Assembly: GCA_049724395.1 (NCBI GenBank)
Contig: JAUGWO010000045.1
Span: 62,001 to 126,000 of the forward strand
Direction of reading: 5' to 3'
Origin: Spongospora subterranea f. sp. subterranea
Lineage: Eukaryota
DNA length: 64,000 bases
Positions 36,494 to 48,717 of this stretch are shown here, piece after piece (within the stretch, counting starts at the first letter, position 1; every line of letters begins with the position of its first letter). Under the pieces are notes generated by a model. It was given only the letters and a program-made list of their open reading frames with translations. It was not told the DNA's origin and made no database searches. A program made the translations under genes and the position numbers.

Positions 36494-38383
36494 ATGCGAT
36501 ATACCGTTTCTGATGAGGGATATGAAAAGCGTACTCGACCATTGGGTGAATGGTTGGCGATGGAAGAAGGGATACGCGGGAGTGGAATATCAATCGTTGC
36601 GGTGCGACCGTCCTCCGTCGATGACAATGAAGACGACGACGCAATCCAACTGCTTCCCCTTGATAGTATCGGATTACCTGATGATCCTTTGCTCCTCTCT
36701 AGGTCCAACAAACACTCCCGGAAGTCGACGTTATTACCGTTCGAGACCGTTGATAAGGTGTCACCCGAACCCGATCTGTTGCCTTCCTATAGACTACAAG
36801 GGGATCTATCGCTTTACACAGCTGTGGCGTTAGAGCAGCGCGCTGCGCTCAAAGCGCACCCGATCGTCGTCGCCTGTATCGACCTCTTCTGGAAGGTGTT
36901 CCACAACGGACGCGCCGATCCGGATTCCGATATCACTCGGGAGCAATACGAGGAGCTGCATATACGGATGAACAAAGCTCTTCATCGTAATTTCAAGTTG
37001 CGCCACGCTCGGCAACTGAGCCGAGCTGAGTCGGTAATCGATATGAGCAACTCACCAGCGATGACGAAAGAGATGTTCAGGAAAGCGCTATTTGAGGTCG
37101 TCGATCAGTGGACGATGAGGATCGACGTCCGCGACTATGTCGATTTCCTCGTTCAGTTATTCACTCGTATTGTGGAATGTAAAGCCGGATTGGATCCATT
37201 TCTAACTCTTCAAGAACGCCTGGCTCATATGCTTGACCTCGATTACGACAGCGCCGACACCGAAATGAACCTGAAGACCCTATCGAGTATATCGACCATG
37301 GTGCGGGATATCAATGGGGAATGGGTTCAACAACCTCCCAATTCCGTCCGAATAAATGAGCTGATCGATGGCGCGAATCTCCCGGGATTGACAGAGTCGA
37401 AATCGCCGCCCCGGTTGCCATTTTCGAGATCGGGCGAGAATGGCGGGAATACGGCGATGATCGGAGCGACGAGCGTTGTTGGGCGAATATTGTCATCGTC
37501 ATCATCTCAGGGAATATCTGTTGACCATCTACTGGAGCTGTTAAACCAAGGCCTTCTATCAGCGGAGGACATCAAGGAGCTGATCGCGAGAGGGGTCATT
37601 AAACCTGATGGTTTATTGGAGATGATGTCCTCCAATGCAGCTATACGCGTATTGGTTGAGGGCGCTCATGGCCTGATGGAACAGATAACGTCGGCAGTTA
37701 CTAGGCGCCAGATCGACACCACCATTGGGCAAGTTCAAGTGTCCCGATCCAATCAGGAAGGCGTCCATCGGAACGGGCGGTCAACACAAATCGCGGAGGA
37801 TATTGGTGGGTGGGAAACAGACTGTTCGGGACAAGGGCAAACTATTGAATTTACAACAAATCCTAAGAGAGATTACCATAATGTGAAGGCAACTCTTATA
37901 CACGATGCGGTTTCGACAAGCAAAAGACAGATTCAGCCAAATATGAAGGTCAGACCCGGGCGAAAGCCAGCCAAGGAGACCGGCCGGAAGGTTGACATGG
38001 GTTCAACGAAAGCGATGAAGGAACAACCGACGGCTGTCCATAATAGATATACGGTGAGGCCGAACGCCATCCCATACAGGGAGCTCAAAACGTCACTTTA
38101 CAAGAGATGTTTGGTTGGGCGGCGAACAAACATGTTGGCAATGGAGGCCCATAGCATGACTGGACCGGGTCCAATTATATGGGATACGCGAGATCTGATG
38201 GATCAGAATATTGTCGTTGACAAGAATGCCATCCTAGCTCATCTTCCCACTCCATCCACGTCCAATACTTTGTTCAGTAGACACGCGCATCGGGTGGCGA
38301 TACGGGAAGCGCCATGCTGGAAATGGGATCCGCTAGCGCCTTCACATTCGCATTCGAAACCAAAGATTAAGGGTTTTACATAA
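36494..38383 (+). CDS. Hypothetical protein with a degenerate EF-hand-like region
   Basis: Long intact ORF. ITREQYEELH...MTKEMFRKALFEVVDQWT...DYVDFLVQLF resembles paired EF-hand-like helices. Start uncertain. Confidence 0.6.
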   Translation: MRYTVSDEGYEKRTRPLGEWLAMEEGIRGSGISIVAVRPSSVDDNEDDDAIQLLPLDSIGLPDDPLLLSRSNKHSRKSTLLPFETVDKVSPEPDLLPSYRLQGDLSLYTAVALEQRAALKAHPIVVACIDLFWKVFHNGRADPDSDITREQYEELHIRMNKALHRNFKLRHARQLSRAESVIDMSNSPAMTKEMFRKALFEVVDQWTMRIDVRDYVDFLVQLFTRIVECKAGLDPFLTLQERLAHMLDLDYDSADTEMNLKTLSSISTMVRDINGEWVQQPPNSVRINELIDGANLPGLTESKSPPRLPFSRSGENGGNTAMIGATSVVGRILSSSSSQGISVDHLLELLNQGLLSAEDIKELIARGVIKPDGLLEMMSSNAAIRVLVEGAHGLMEQITSAVTRRQIDTTIGQVQVSRSNQEGVHRNGRSTQIAEDIGGWETDCSGQGQTIEFTTNPKRDYHNVKATLIHDAVSTSKRQIQPNMKVRPGRKPAKETGRKVDMGSTKAMKEQPTAVHNRYTVRPNAIPYRELKTSLYKRCLVGRRTNMLAMEAHSMTGPGPIIWDTRDLMDQNIVVDKNAILAHLPTPSTSNTLFSRHAHRVAIREAPCWKWDPLAPSHSHSKPKIKGFT

Positions 38384-38559
38384 ACAGCGACAAAAGTCGA
38401 CCGGCCGGTTGGGCGATTATTGTCGTCATCACCAACTCAGGGAATATCTGTTTGGAATTTTTATTTCTCACATATTTTTTCATCTATCTTTACCTTGGGC
38501 AAGGACGGCCAGGTCAGAACATACATGATTCCCTTCAACAGAAGATCTGTATTATTGGG

Positions 38560-39000
38560 CATGATACTTGACGAAACACAAGCAGTAAAGCTTCCTTGAA
38601 CTCATCAATTCTGTGGTCAGACTGCTAGAGGATGGACACCATGTTGGCTTTGGCAACCTGTGTTGCTAAACATTTTGACGCTTCCTGCTTCTGGGCTTCG
38701 ATCGCGACCATTTTTTCCTGTATAGCCATTTCTCTCTCCCAATGTCGTTCTTTAGAAGGGTACGTTTGGGGGGTATGCTGGAGATGGAACTCCATTTTGG
38801 AACTGGCCTTTTTTGGTGGACGCCGACGCGACGACGCAATGGACAACCGGTACTGGTTTCCTCTGCGTTTGACAATATCAACGCGAAAAACCGCACACGG
38901 CGATGGATTGCCGATGCTTTTCCACTGTGGGCAGGACGAAGATCATATTTGAGCGGCGCTTGGCATCGCTCCAGGAGCAGGCTGTCTACAAACACATGGC
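38560..39000 (-). pseudogene. Broken ORF remnant, possibly a transposon accessory gene
   Basis: KERHWEREMAIQEKMVAIEAQKQEA...KANMVSIL*QSDHRIDEFKEALLLV reads as a coiled-coil C-terminus with an in-frame stop. Upstream frames are disrupted. Lies beside a transposase relic. Confidence 0.3.
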
Positions 39001-39326
39001 AGAGTCTACCGCTCAGCTCAAGTTGACTCAACAAAAACCGAGATAAAATTTGAGATTGATTTCAAAACTACTAACTTAAGATCACCACATTTAGAAACTT
39101 ATACTGTATCTCAGATTATTTATTCTGACATAATGTCACCACATTAAAGTCTAAAGTTTTTTTTGTAAAAATTGATACTGTCTATCTCAGATTTTTTTAT
39201 CACACATTCACTTTTTGCCTTTACAGAAGTTTGATCCGAATCTGCGCACCCGGGAAATCCGGACTTCGAGGATCGAATTGTACTGCGCCGTCGGACTCAA
39301 AACTTGAAAATATCAAACTGCTGACA

Positions 39327-40685
39327 ATGGCTCACAAGAACTCTCGATGGAAGCAGCTAGCCAAAGCTAGAAATATCCAGAATCTAAAACGCATCCCTGC
39401 GACTATTGATGATGAGGAAGTATGTCTTGAGGGTAGTCAGTCGTCTGACAACGAAAGCTACGTCATTTGCGATGATGACGATGACGTAGCCGTTGATGCT
39501 AACACATCAACGTTAGTTTGGATAGATGGTGCTGGATCCCATCTTCGCTCGTGTTATTCCGGTGATAGCGATACCACTCGGTGGCGGCGACAAAAAGAGC
39601 GTCAAGCTCGTATCAGCTCAGTCGCAAACGTCCCTAAAATTACCAATTGGTTCAAACCGAGAAGTGCAACAGCTGGAATTGTCGCTGAAGTTTTAGAGCG
39701 GAATCTCCGGAAGCAGTGGACGAAACTTTCATAGACATTCCAACCGCATTACAACTGTTATCCCGCCTCACATCAGTGACGAAGAACATTAAAGACGAAA
39801 AGCGGCTCGCCCACGTGACCAAATATGATCTCCTTAGGTATCAAAGCATCGAAAAATACTTTATAGGACTTGTTCAAGGACTCTTGAGGACAAAAAGCAT
39901 CGTCCGACTCGGCAGCAAATGTATTTCCAAGTTTAAGTGCTACCTGGCACGGTAGAACTATCAGAAAATGGGCCATAGCCAAGATTTGCACTTCAAGGTG
40001 AAATCGTTTATTCACGAAAAAGACGTTGTCATTAACTGTCGCTTCGATCTCAAAGGCACGATTTGATCTCAGCGCTTTCATTCAAAATGGGTTAGGAGTC
40101 ACTTCATTTACAACTGGGGTTGCCGCGCCCGATCATTATCTCTGAACGAACTGCGTCGAGATGGATGCATGTTCTTGGACTAAAATATGGGGGTTACCAG
40201 AAGGGGTTGTATCAAGATGGCCACGAAAGGGCAGCCGTTGTGTCATATCGAGAAGATTTTTTACGGCGCATGAGGCAATACGATGAACGAATGATCAAGT
40301 TCGATGGGGACGATATCGAAGGTGAAATATTCCCTGACATTCCAGACGGAGTTAAGCAACTGGTTCTTGTGACTCACGATGAATCTTGTTTTAGTTCTTA
40401 TGATGGAAAAAAACACATCTGGATAGATGAAAATCGTTTATTCATCCTGGCACTTCAGGCAGTGACCGTGTCCCAGATTCGTCGGGTTGCAAGCAAATGC
40501 TTCAGATACATGGACGCCTATCGCGTTAATGGTCCTGATGGCAACAGACTGACCATGCGCCAAGTAGAGTATGCTGTCAAAGATTATAAGCGTCACAGAA
40601 GCTTGCCAGTTCGCATAATAAACGATCTTTGAGTTGAGGAAAACAACATGGGTGCAGTCGCACTTATATTTTCCGCAGTGACGCA
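39327..40685 (+). mobile_element. IS630/Tc1-mariner-like DNA transposon, frameshifted and internally deleted
   Basis: ISERTASRWMHVLG, GLYQDGHERAAVVSYREDFL and VLVTHDESCF (first catalytic Asp) jump directly to the C-terminal IRRVASKCFRYMDAYR...AVKDYKRHR. Several frameshifts upstream. No paired TIRs found. Confidence 0.75.
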
Positions 40686-41012
40686 CAATTGTATCTGCGT
40701 ACGCACTTTTTTATTTCCAATTTAAAATGACTGTGGTGTTAAGATGTCCGGTACTGTACTCCTATCTATTTTGGAAACTGCGTGAGTTGGTAGTTGGTTA
40801 CTAAATTCGATATAGGTAGCCCTAGAAAATGGATCCGATCCTATAAATAGCCATCGATTTTTTGGGCATTTTTGCGCATTAGCTGCGTGTACTGTACGGG
40901 TGTTGTGTCGTGTGAGTGGGACGCATTTGGCCAATATCCCAACAACTGATCGGTAGTGAGTGCCGCAACCACAGCCCGCCCCACCGCATCCCACCCGCTA
41001 TTCTGCCCCGGA

Positions 41013-42661
41013 ATGGATCAGCAGCATGCTGGACATGTCCATAGTGGCTATAATGCACTTGATGATGATCGTCACTGTAATTATGCTACCAGTGTGCCAT
41101 ACCGAGACCCGGCCTTCGCTGTCGTCTTCATTCTTCAATTAATCGGGGTGATCTCCGTTGCGATTATCTTCGCTCCTGGACTATATAATAATGCCAACCC
41201 GAATCATCATCGGGATTATGAGTTCCAATGGGAAATCGTGACCTCTGTTGGCATCGGCTTGTTATCTTCGTTAGTTTTCGCCGCTCTGTGGATCAAAATC
41301 CTGCAACGCCACGCTGACCAGATCATATACTTGTCCGTCATGTCAAATATTGGAGTTCAAGCTGCGATCGGGATATACGCGTTGTGCGTAAATTTGCCCA
41401 TGCTGTCCTTGTTAATGTTTGTATCTGCTGGTGTCGCAGGAATCATCTACTATTTCGCCAGGAACCGAGTTAAATTCGCTTCAGTGATGCTGGAGCTTTC
41501 TGTTGCTGCTCTCAACCATAACCCTGCTGTTATCTGGCTAACTTTACTTGGGCAAGTCCTGGCCATATGTTGGCTATGCGTTTGGTCCACTGGTCGGTGC
41601 GATAGCTTCTACGCATGATAACGTCTTAATCCGTTCATTATGCAGCCGTTGTTGCTTTGTTAGTTCAAACCATGGATTCATCTCATTCGCAGGCAAATGG
41701 TGCATTGCCCGGATTCGCAGTTTTCTGTCTTATTTTATCTTTTATATGGACTTTGGAAGTTCTTCAAAACATATTTCGTACGATAGCCTCCGGTAATTCA
41801 CAACTATTTACCTAGCAATTCCAACTAATCAAACGTTGAATTCAGGGGTTTGCGGAACATTTTACTTCTTCGGTTTTACCCGAAACCCAACCTTCAAAGC
41901 TGCACGTCGAACTTTGACAACTTCTTTCGGTTCAATCTGCTTGGGAGGCTTGATTGTCTCTGTAATTGAAGGTAAATTGTGGAAAATATGAGCATTGAGT
42001 TCTTAGCGCATGGCGGTTGTAGCACTTCGCGTGATTTTCAAGTCGAGTCGTCGCGGTAATCGCGACAGCATTGCTGACGCATGCTGTACATGCATTCTCT
42101 CCTGTATTGAGAGCATCGTTAAGTACATTTCCAAATATGCATACGCTCGTGTAATGAGGTCTTGTTTTTGCATAATGTATGTAGTATATTAAAACTTTCT
42201 GTTAAAGGTTGCTGTATATGGCGAAAGTTTTATGCAGGCCTCCCGTGCTACATACGATCTTTTCAAGACCAAGGGCATCGACGTGGTAGTTGCTGACGAG
42301 TTATCAAGTATTGCTGTTTTCTCAGGGGCGATACTTGGCGGTGCTGTTGCAGGGTTTTGCGGCTCCCTTTCGGTTCTCGTTTTAACAAAAGACGTTGGGC
42401 TGTTAGAGTCTTGTATTATGAGACATTTCTGATGATGGGTTTTAGGCTAGCCTTGCATTTGCTGTTGGTTGTTTCGGTTTTATTGTGAGTATTGGTGTCG
42501 TTGCCATGATGATGTCGATACTTTCATCTGGAGTGGCGACCTTCTTGGTTCTTTGGGCGGAAGAGCCCCGTGCCTTGCAGCAAAATCATCCACAATTACA
42601 TGCCAAGTTGGCCGCTGCAGTTCGATCTCAGTTCCCAACTGTACAGCATTCACAAATTTGA
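41013..42661 (+). CDS. Choline transporter-like (CTL/PNS1) membrane protein, multi-exon
   Basis: YRDPAFAVVF, RVKFASVMLELSVAAL, TTSFGSICLGGLIV and KYAYAR|VAVYGESFMQASRATYDLF. Confidence 0.88.
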
Positions 42662-42730
42662 GATTCCACCCAAACATTGATATCCGTATAAACCATGCCA
42701 TTTTTTTACTTTTGCTGGGAATGTGTTGGC

Positions 42731-43838
42731 CTATATATAAATAACAAAGTTGGGATCGTATGCGATGCCGCATGCTTCATGTTCAGAATCGCTGCCATGT
42801 CTCTTATAACCGAACTGAAAGGCACTTGCGGTTACCACAGTGTCACCCGGTGCATGGCGATGTGCCTGCGAGAATCTTACCTGATTGGAAACAAGGAAGA
42901 CATCGTCAATGTACAGCCTGGCGTTCCAATGTGTATGCCCATAAACCCATGTATGCAGACCTCGCATTTCTAGCAGCTCAGATAGATCAGTGGCAAATGC
43001 ACTATTGAGAAGAAATTTACAACCGGATGAATACCGATTCTAGAATCAAGCACTGACCAGTTCATAACCGAATCGGTATGCTCAGGTTTACAGGTCTGCA
43101 TTGCTGTCGGAGCGTGATCTGTCATTATTCCAGTCAGAACGAGGAAAACAGACCTCAACATCAAGCGACAGTACGGGTAAGAACTAAGGCACGTTGCCCA
43201 AGGAGTTGGGCCATACGAATTTCTTCCTTAATGAACTCTTTATCGACGTTGTGCCATCTGACTGTATCTGATGCTCTTAGGGTTCTATATTGGATACTAT
43301 CGCTAACGCCATCTTCAACTTCCACCAGTATCCTGTGGTAGTCGGCAATGCAATTCTCAACCAGCGACACTAACTGGTCATGTTCGAGGTCAATATAAGA
43401 CCATAGCGTAGCACCGATTATTCGAACGTCGTCGATAACAACACTGCGACGAAACAGGAGTTCGACACCAGGTAAAGAATCGCAAATATCTGTGATGCAC
43501 TGAATAATAGCTTGAGCTGACACTCCTGGGGAGCACATCAGCCTGCTTGACAAACTGAATAATTCATGATTGCCGGGGACGATAAACACTCTTGAGAAGC
43601 GTCTAGATGTCCATCTTAAGAATGCGGCCAGATTGGCAGGTCCAGGTGCATTATTGCAACAAATCATCCCGGGAGTGGATATATCACCAACAAGTGCCAG
43701 ATATGGCGCAGAGGGTATTATCAACGACCTCCACACATCAGCCCTAGGCCAGCTGGTTTCCTGCCACGCTTCTAGATGCAAATCGGAGCATATTTGTATA
43801 ACCAGGGGATCCGAAGCTGTTCCAGACCTAACAATCAT
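42731..43838 (-). CDS. Calcineurin-like metallophosphoesterase, spliced
   Basis: SDLHLE, LVGDI, VPGNHE, VLT|HAP, WVYGHTH and SNQ|FGY motifs in order. Confidence 0.9.
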
Positions 43839-44308
43839 TAGTCAGCGCCTTGATCAGGCGCAGCCGTGACTACCGGCCGTCCGATTCCCAATAGCCATAT
43901 AGCGACTGTATCCCAGCGCCACCGGCCAAAGGTGCGGCTGACTATGATCGGTACTGTAGGGGGAATAGCTTACACTGTAACCACGGCCACCGGACCATAT
44001 TATGATAACGACAAAAGGGCACTGCAATGAAAGAGCACCTGGCAACCTATATCATCCGACCAATGATTGGATCATTGTGCCGCTACTCGTTTTGAACATT
44101 TTCCGATATATCTCAGAGAGAAGTACTGGAACTATTGTAAGAACCTCTGATTCGACTAATCCATTATCGCCTGATCCCTTTGGCCTTTGAAGCTATAAAC
44201 GCTGTTCTTTTTTTCTGTAGCGCTTTTTGGGCGTTTTTCTGAGACAGTTTCGGCCTGATTCTCGAGTCGGCATGTGGTACTGTACGGTGGTAGGACTGTG
44301 GTAGGTTT

Positions 44309-47300
44309 GAGAAAAAGGTCCGCACACACCAAATTTTGACTTAAACACACTAGAAATGGGGCTCCAACACCCACCATTTGGGATTCCAACACACAAAAAT
44401 AGACTGCGTGAGAAGGTACACCGACACACTAGAAATGGGACTTGAACACACTAGGAATGGGTCTTCAACACACTGTAGACATGGGTCTTGAACACACAGA
44501 TTTGCGCATTGCTTGAAGGTCACCCCGACATTTATATTTACGATTAATCATGGATCCCGATTCCGATCATGATGTCGCAGATCATGATTGGCTCGCAATC
44601 GCAATTGACATCAACGAGGCAGTCACGTTGAAAGAAATTCGGGCTGCGTTACCGTCACACACAGTGTTCAAGACTCAGATGGCGTCGTGCAATTTCTTGC
44701 ATGAAGACAACAGTGATGCAGCAACGGTCGATGACCATCAGATGCGGCGACGTTACGCCAAATGTACGTCTGTACGATGTTTTGCTGAGATTGAAGGAGA
44801 ACAAAACCTTTTTTGTGGTGCTGTTTACGCCATCAATACTTGCACAGTTGATGGATCTTCAGAGGTTTTACTTCGAGGGAAACACCTCGCCTTTTTTGAG
44901 GCTGATGCCCTGTCCTCGCCAGCAAAACAAACTGTAATTATCTATATTGTTCGGATTTTAGTTACTGTAAATGCTGAATCATGGATGAATCTCAGGTCAA
45001 TAGCCCTATGAAGCGCAAGATCCAAGAATTAATGGATGAAGACCCCCATCGAACTCCCAAAGTACTCGAAAAACATCTTTCCCGGTGTCGCAGGACATTG
45101 GAATTTGGGGAACTAGAAATTACTCCAATGCCTACGCTGCAGCAGATTCAAAGCGTTGTCAAGCGATTTAGGCGAGACAATGGGCAAATCGACACGCTTG
45201 ATGCAGTTTTGACGAAACTTGCAACACTCAGGCCAGCTGAGGTATGGGAAGAACAGGACCCTAATGATGCTTTTATTTTCGGCGTTAACGACCGTGACGG
45301 TGCCGTCGTTGTTGGAGTCGGTTCCGACGAACGTCCTTTCCGCATCAGTTGAGTATCATCTTTATCAAACTTAATTCACTACTGACTCTGCATTTCCAGG
45401 TCTGACTTGTAAGGGCCTTCTGACCAAGTTTATTGAAATAGTCAGAGCAAACCCTGACGTTCATGTTTTGTGCCATATGGACACAACGTTCAAGACAAAC
45501 AGGGTTTCATATCCCGTATTCGTTGTCGGATATTCTGATTTCGCGGGAAAGTTCCACCTGTTGTCGATGAGCATTTGCTCCACAAGACAGCAGAGAGACT
45601 GTGAATACGCGCTGTTATCACTCAAAAACATATTCCTTGAAAAATGTGATTTCAATTTCGTCCCCGACTTTATCGCGGGCGATGCTGATGGAGCTCAGAT
45701 CAACGCCGTCAGCAATGTGTTCAGAGATTCTTCATACCTCATGTGCTTCTTTCATCTGCTCAAAAATGTATGTCCTCACCCTTTGTTGTAATTTCAACTG
45801 ATGAGGCGACAATGACAGTGTTGGGACCATCGCGATGGCGTTCGTTGGGCCGAATGGGAAATCATTTCCCATGATATTTATTCACTACATTTGTCGGGCA
45901 GCGAAATCGATTTCGCTCAGAAGTCCTCTATCATTATCAACCGCTGGCGCGACGCCACGAGTCCTCCTGCAGTCCAGCGGTTTGCCCAGTATTTTGAAGC
46001 TCAATGGCTACATGGTAGGTTCTCGCTATGGGCTGTGCATTATACGGAACCAGGACGATCGTCCACCAACAATCCCAACGAAGGTTTCAATGCCCGAATC
46101 AAGGAGGTATTATATTTGTCTTTCAACAGGCTGCAACTGACTGTTATATTGCAGGCATTGGGCAGACGTCGATTGCACATCCCCCAACTTGTGGAAGAAT
46201 TTAGGCAGTTATGCCGAAGTGAATCCGAAAATAATCGAACGTTCCATCTATCTCCAGTGGCATCGAAACGTATCATTTTGCGGTTCAACAAACTAAGATC
46301 CGGGCGGCAACTTCATTCTCGATTGACTGCAAACGCTTGGGAGGTGCTGGTATCTCAGTTCGAGCATCCATTGGTGGATGAGGAGGATGGACTCGACAAT
46401 GCGGATTTTTCTGCGATCAAAAAAATCACCGATAACAGAAATTTTTTACGAATGGAGCGCCTGGGCATGCCACCTGATGGGTGGTTAGTCCAGTTGAACC
46501 ACGCAATTGTAATTGCCAATATTTTTTCAAGTTCGGCATTTGTGTGCATTTTATGCATGCATGCTTTGTTACTGGCCGGCATGTGGAAGGAGTTCCTCCA
46601 CCGGTCGAACGGTTGGTAAACCGGTCGATACCAGTAAACCGGCGTCGCCGCGGTCGCATTCACCGGAATGTTAATGGCCTTGGTCGAGGCCGTGGTGTTG
46701 CCGTCCCAGGTCCGGAACCAAATCGCCGAAACCGTGATCCAGTCGCTGGACCTGGCCGTCCCAGGCTCGCAGGACCTGCGCTGCAGTTGGAGTGATTAAC
46801 CTAATAAACCGTTGCCATGTTGCAATCCAAACATTTAACTGCGAAAATGACTTTCGAATGTCCATTATCATCCAGGTAGCAGCAATGGAATTGGATACCG
46901 GCACCTCCAAATCGTTTTCGACCAATCGGAAATGAAATAACCCCCAGGCAGTACAACCACATCGAAGCAGTCCTGTGTGTTGGGCGTACAGTCTAGTGTG
47001 TTTGATATAGTCGGCGTTATTGTTACTTCGTGTGTTGGCGATCCAAAACAAGTGTGTTAAAATACCATTCTTAGTGTGTTGAATACCTAAATCAGTGTGT
47101 TAAGATTCCTCTCGCGCACTGTTTACATTGGTGTGCTGAGAACCCAAAACAAGTGTGCTACAGTACCATTCTTAGTGTGTTGCATACCTTAAAACAGTGT
47201 GCTATTATACCATCCCACGCACGTTTTACATTGGTGTGTTGAGAACCCAAAACAAGTGTGTTTTAGTACCATTCTTAGTGTGTTACCTACCGAAGTTGGT

Positions 47301-47319
47301 GTGCTCAGGTCCCTCCCTC
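44309..47319 (+). mobile_element. Full-length Mutator-like element (3011 bp) with 8-bp TSD
   Basis: GTAGGTTT at 44301-44308 and 47320-47327 flanks ends GAG...CTC. Imperfect TIRs, inverted subterminal AACACACTAnnAATGG repeats and an internal transposase. Confidence 0.9.
44550..46795 (+). CDS. MULE transposase with SWIM finger, 4 introns, one apparent frameshift at about 46491
   Basis: HMDTTFKTN (D1), IAGDADGAQINAV (D2), CFFH, STNNPNEGFN (E) and CNCQYFFKFGICVH (SWIM). Introns 44934-44995, 45348-45399, about 45768-45818 and about 46107-46154. Confidence 0.88.
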
Positions 47320-47535
47320 GTAGGTTTTCACCTCCGGCCAGTCAAGTGTTGAAAGTACAGAATTTTTATGTGGGTACAGTTCGCACTGCGCACGCACATA
47401 ATGTAAACTGCGCACGCAAAAATGCCCAGGTATTGTACTGTAGGTAGGAATGATTGGTTCTACCGTACGTCTCTCAATTCTCGTAGATATCAAAATAACA
47501 GTATGCAAGATGACTGAATCAAACGAAATTGTCAA

Positions 47536-48195
47536 GGGGGTATCAAAGTTGGAAAATACGCAGTTTTAAAGATTCGGTTTTCCCGCGCACAATTCCGGAC
47601 TTAAAATCCGATTCGATTCGATTCCGGACTTAAAATCCGATTCGATTCGGATTTTGAGATTCGCACAATCGTTTTGCCGTGACGTTTTGTCGTGACGATG
47701 GCTGCCCACCGATCCCGTCCTGCTGATGCAAAACGCCAGCGAACAAGCAGGTCTGAGTACCTAGCAATGGTCTGTTTTCTTGAAATACCAGAAAACTTCG
47801 CCATGGTTGAAGGAAAGGCTGCCCAGAATAAAGCCATGGTTGCAGGGCAAAAATTATCGAAGACCGCAGGCTTTCAGGCAATGGCCTCTTTTGTCGTTGA
47901 CTTCACCCAAAGCCGGCCCTGGACTGCCGCCGTTGCGAAAAGTCGGTACGCTAGTAGATTTAACGCCGCCCGATTTTTTTTTAGCTGGCGCCGCGGGTTG
48001 AGAAATCGCATGCTTTTGATTACAGCATAAAGCCACACCAAGTCATCGATAGACTGCATGATCTGAGAAGCTTGTTCTTCATCAGTGTAAAACAGAGATG
48101 CCCATATGTATGCCAGATGTCGCAGCAATCTGTCAATAGAAATCAGCAATTGAGCTCTGAATAGCGCGCCATGAGAAAATAACTTTGATACCCCC
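47536..48195. mobile_element. 660-bp non-autonomous TIR element, probably PIF/Harbinger-like
   Basis: Perfect 15-bp TIR GGGGGTATCAAAGTT / AACTTTGATACCCCC, flanks CAA and GAA. Internal truncated ORF 47692-48030 with a Myb/SANT-like pattern (FLEIPENF...KTAGFQAMASFV...WTAAVAKSR). Confidence 0.7.
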
Positions 48196-48717
48196 GAACC
48201 TAAAATCCCGTAAAATCCGCATCTAACAGCAAGAATTTCAAGTTAAGACTCGAATCTACGGAGCGACAAATCTGTGCGTAAGATTCGCATTTATTTTAGC
48301 TTTGAGTTCATACTTCAAATATATCACAGCTCGTCCTTGACCGCGTATTCAACCTGCTTAACAGTCAACTTGTGACCATTCTTCTCTCTGTACGCATCCA
48401 TGTACCGCCAACTCCACTTGCGAATAAGCGTAACAGAACCCTGTATAAAAGATTGAAATCATGGCGTCGAAATGCAGCAAAATGTATGTTGAGAATATAC
48501 CGATTCCAACGCTCTGAATCCATTTCGAGCAATCCGGACCACGTGTAATTGCAGTTCTCCCTGGTGTGCATGCCCCCCCAGAACAGTTTCCTGTACTGTA
48601 CCGGTACTGGAACAGCGCAATAACACTGCAGTACACTTAAACGTAAAGTGCGTTACTGTGTGTGAAAGACAGAGTATTTCTACATTACACCGTAGTGATT
48701 ACATTACAGAAAGTCGA

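Noticed and set aside
39231..48195. Fanzor/TnpB or other RNA-guided nuclease inside the transposons
   Set aside because: No RuvC motifs or paired CxxC zinc ribbon recognised in any ORF. The ORFs are explained by transposase or Myb-like remnants.
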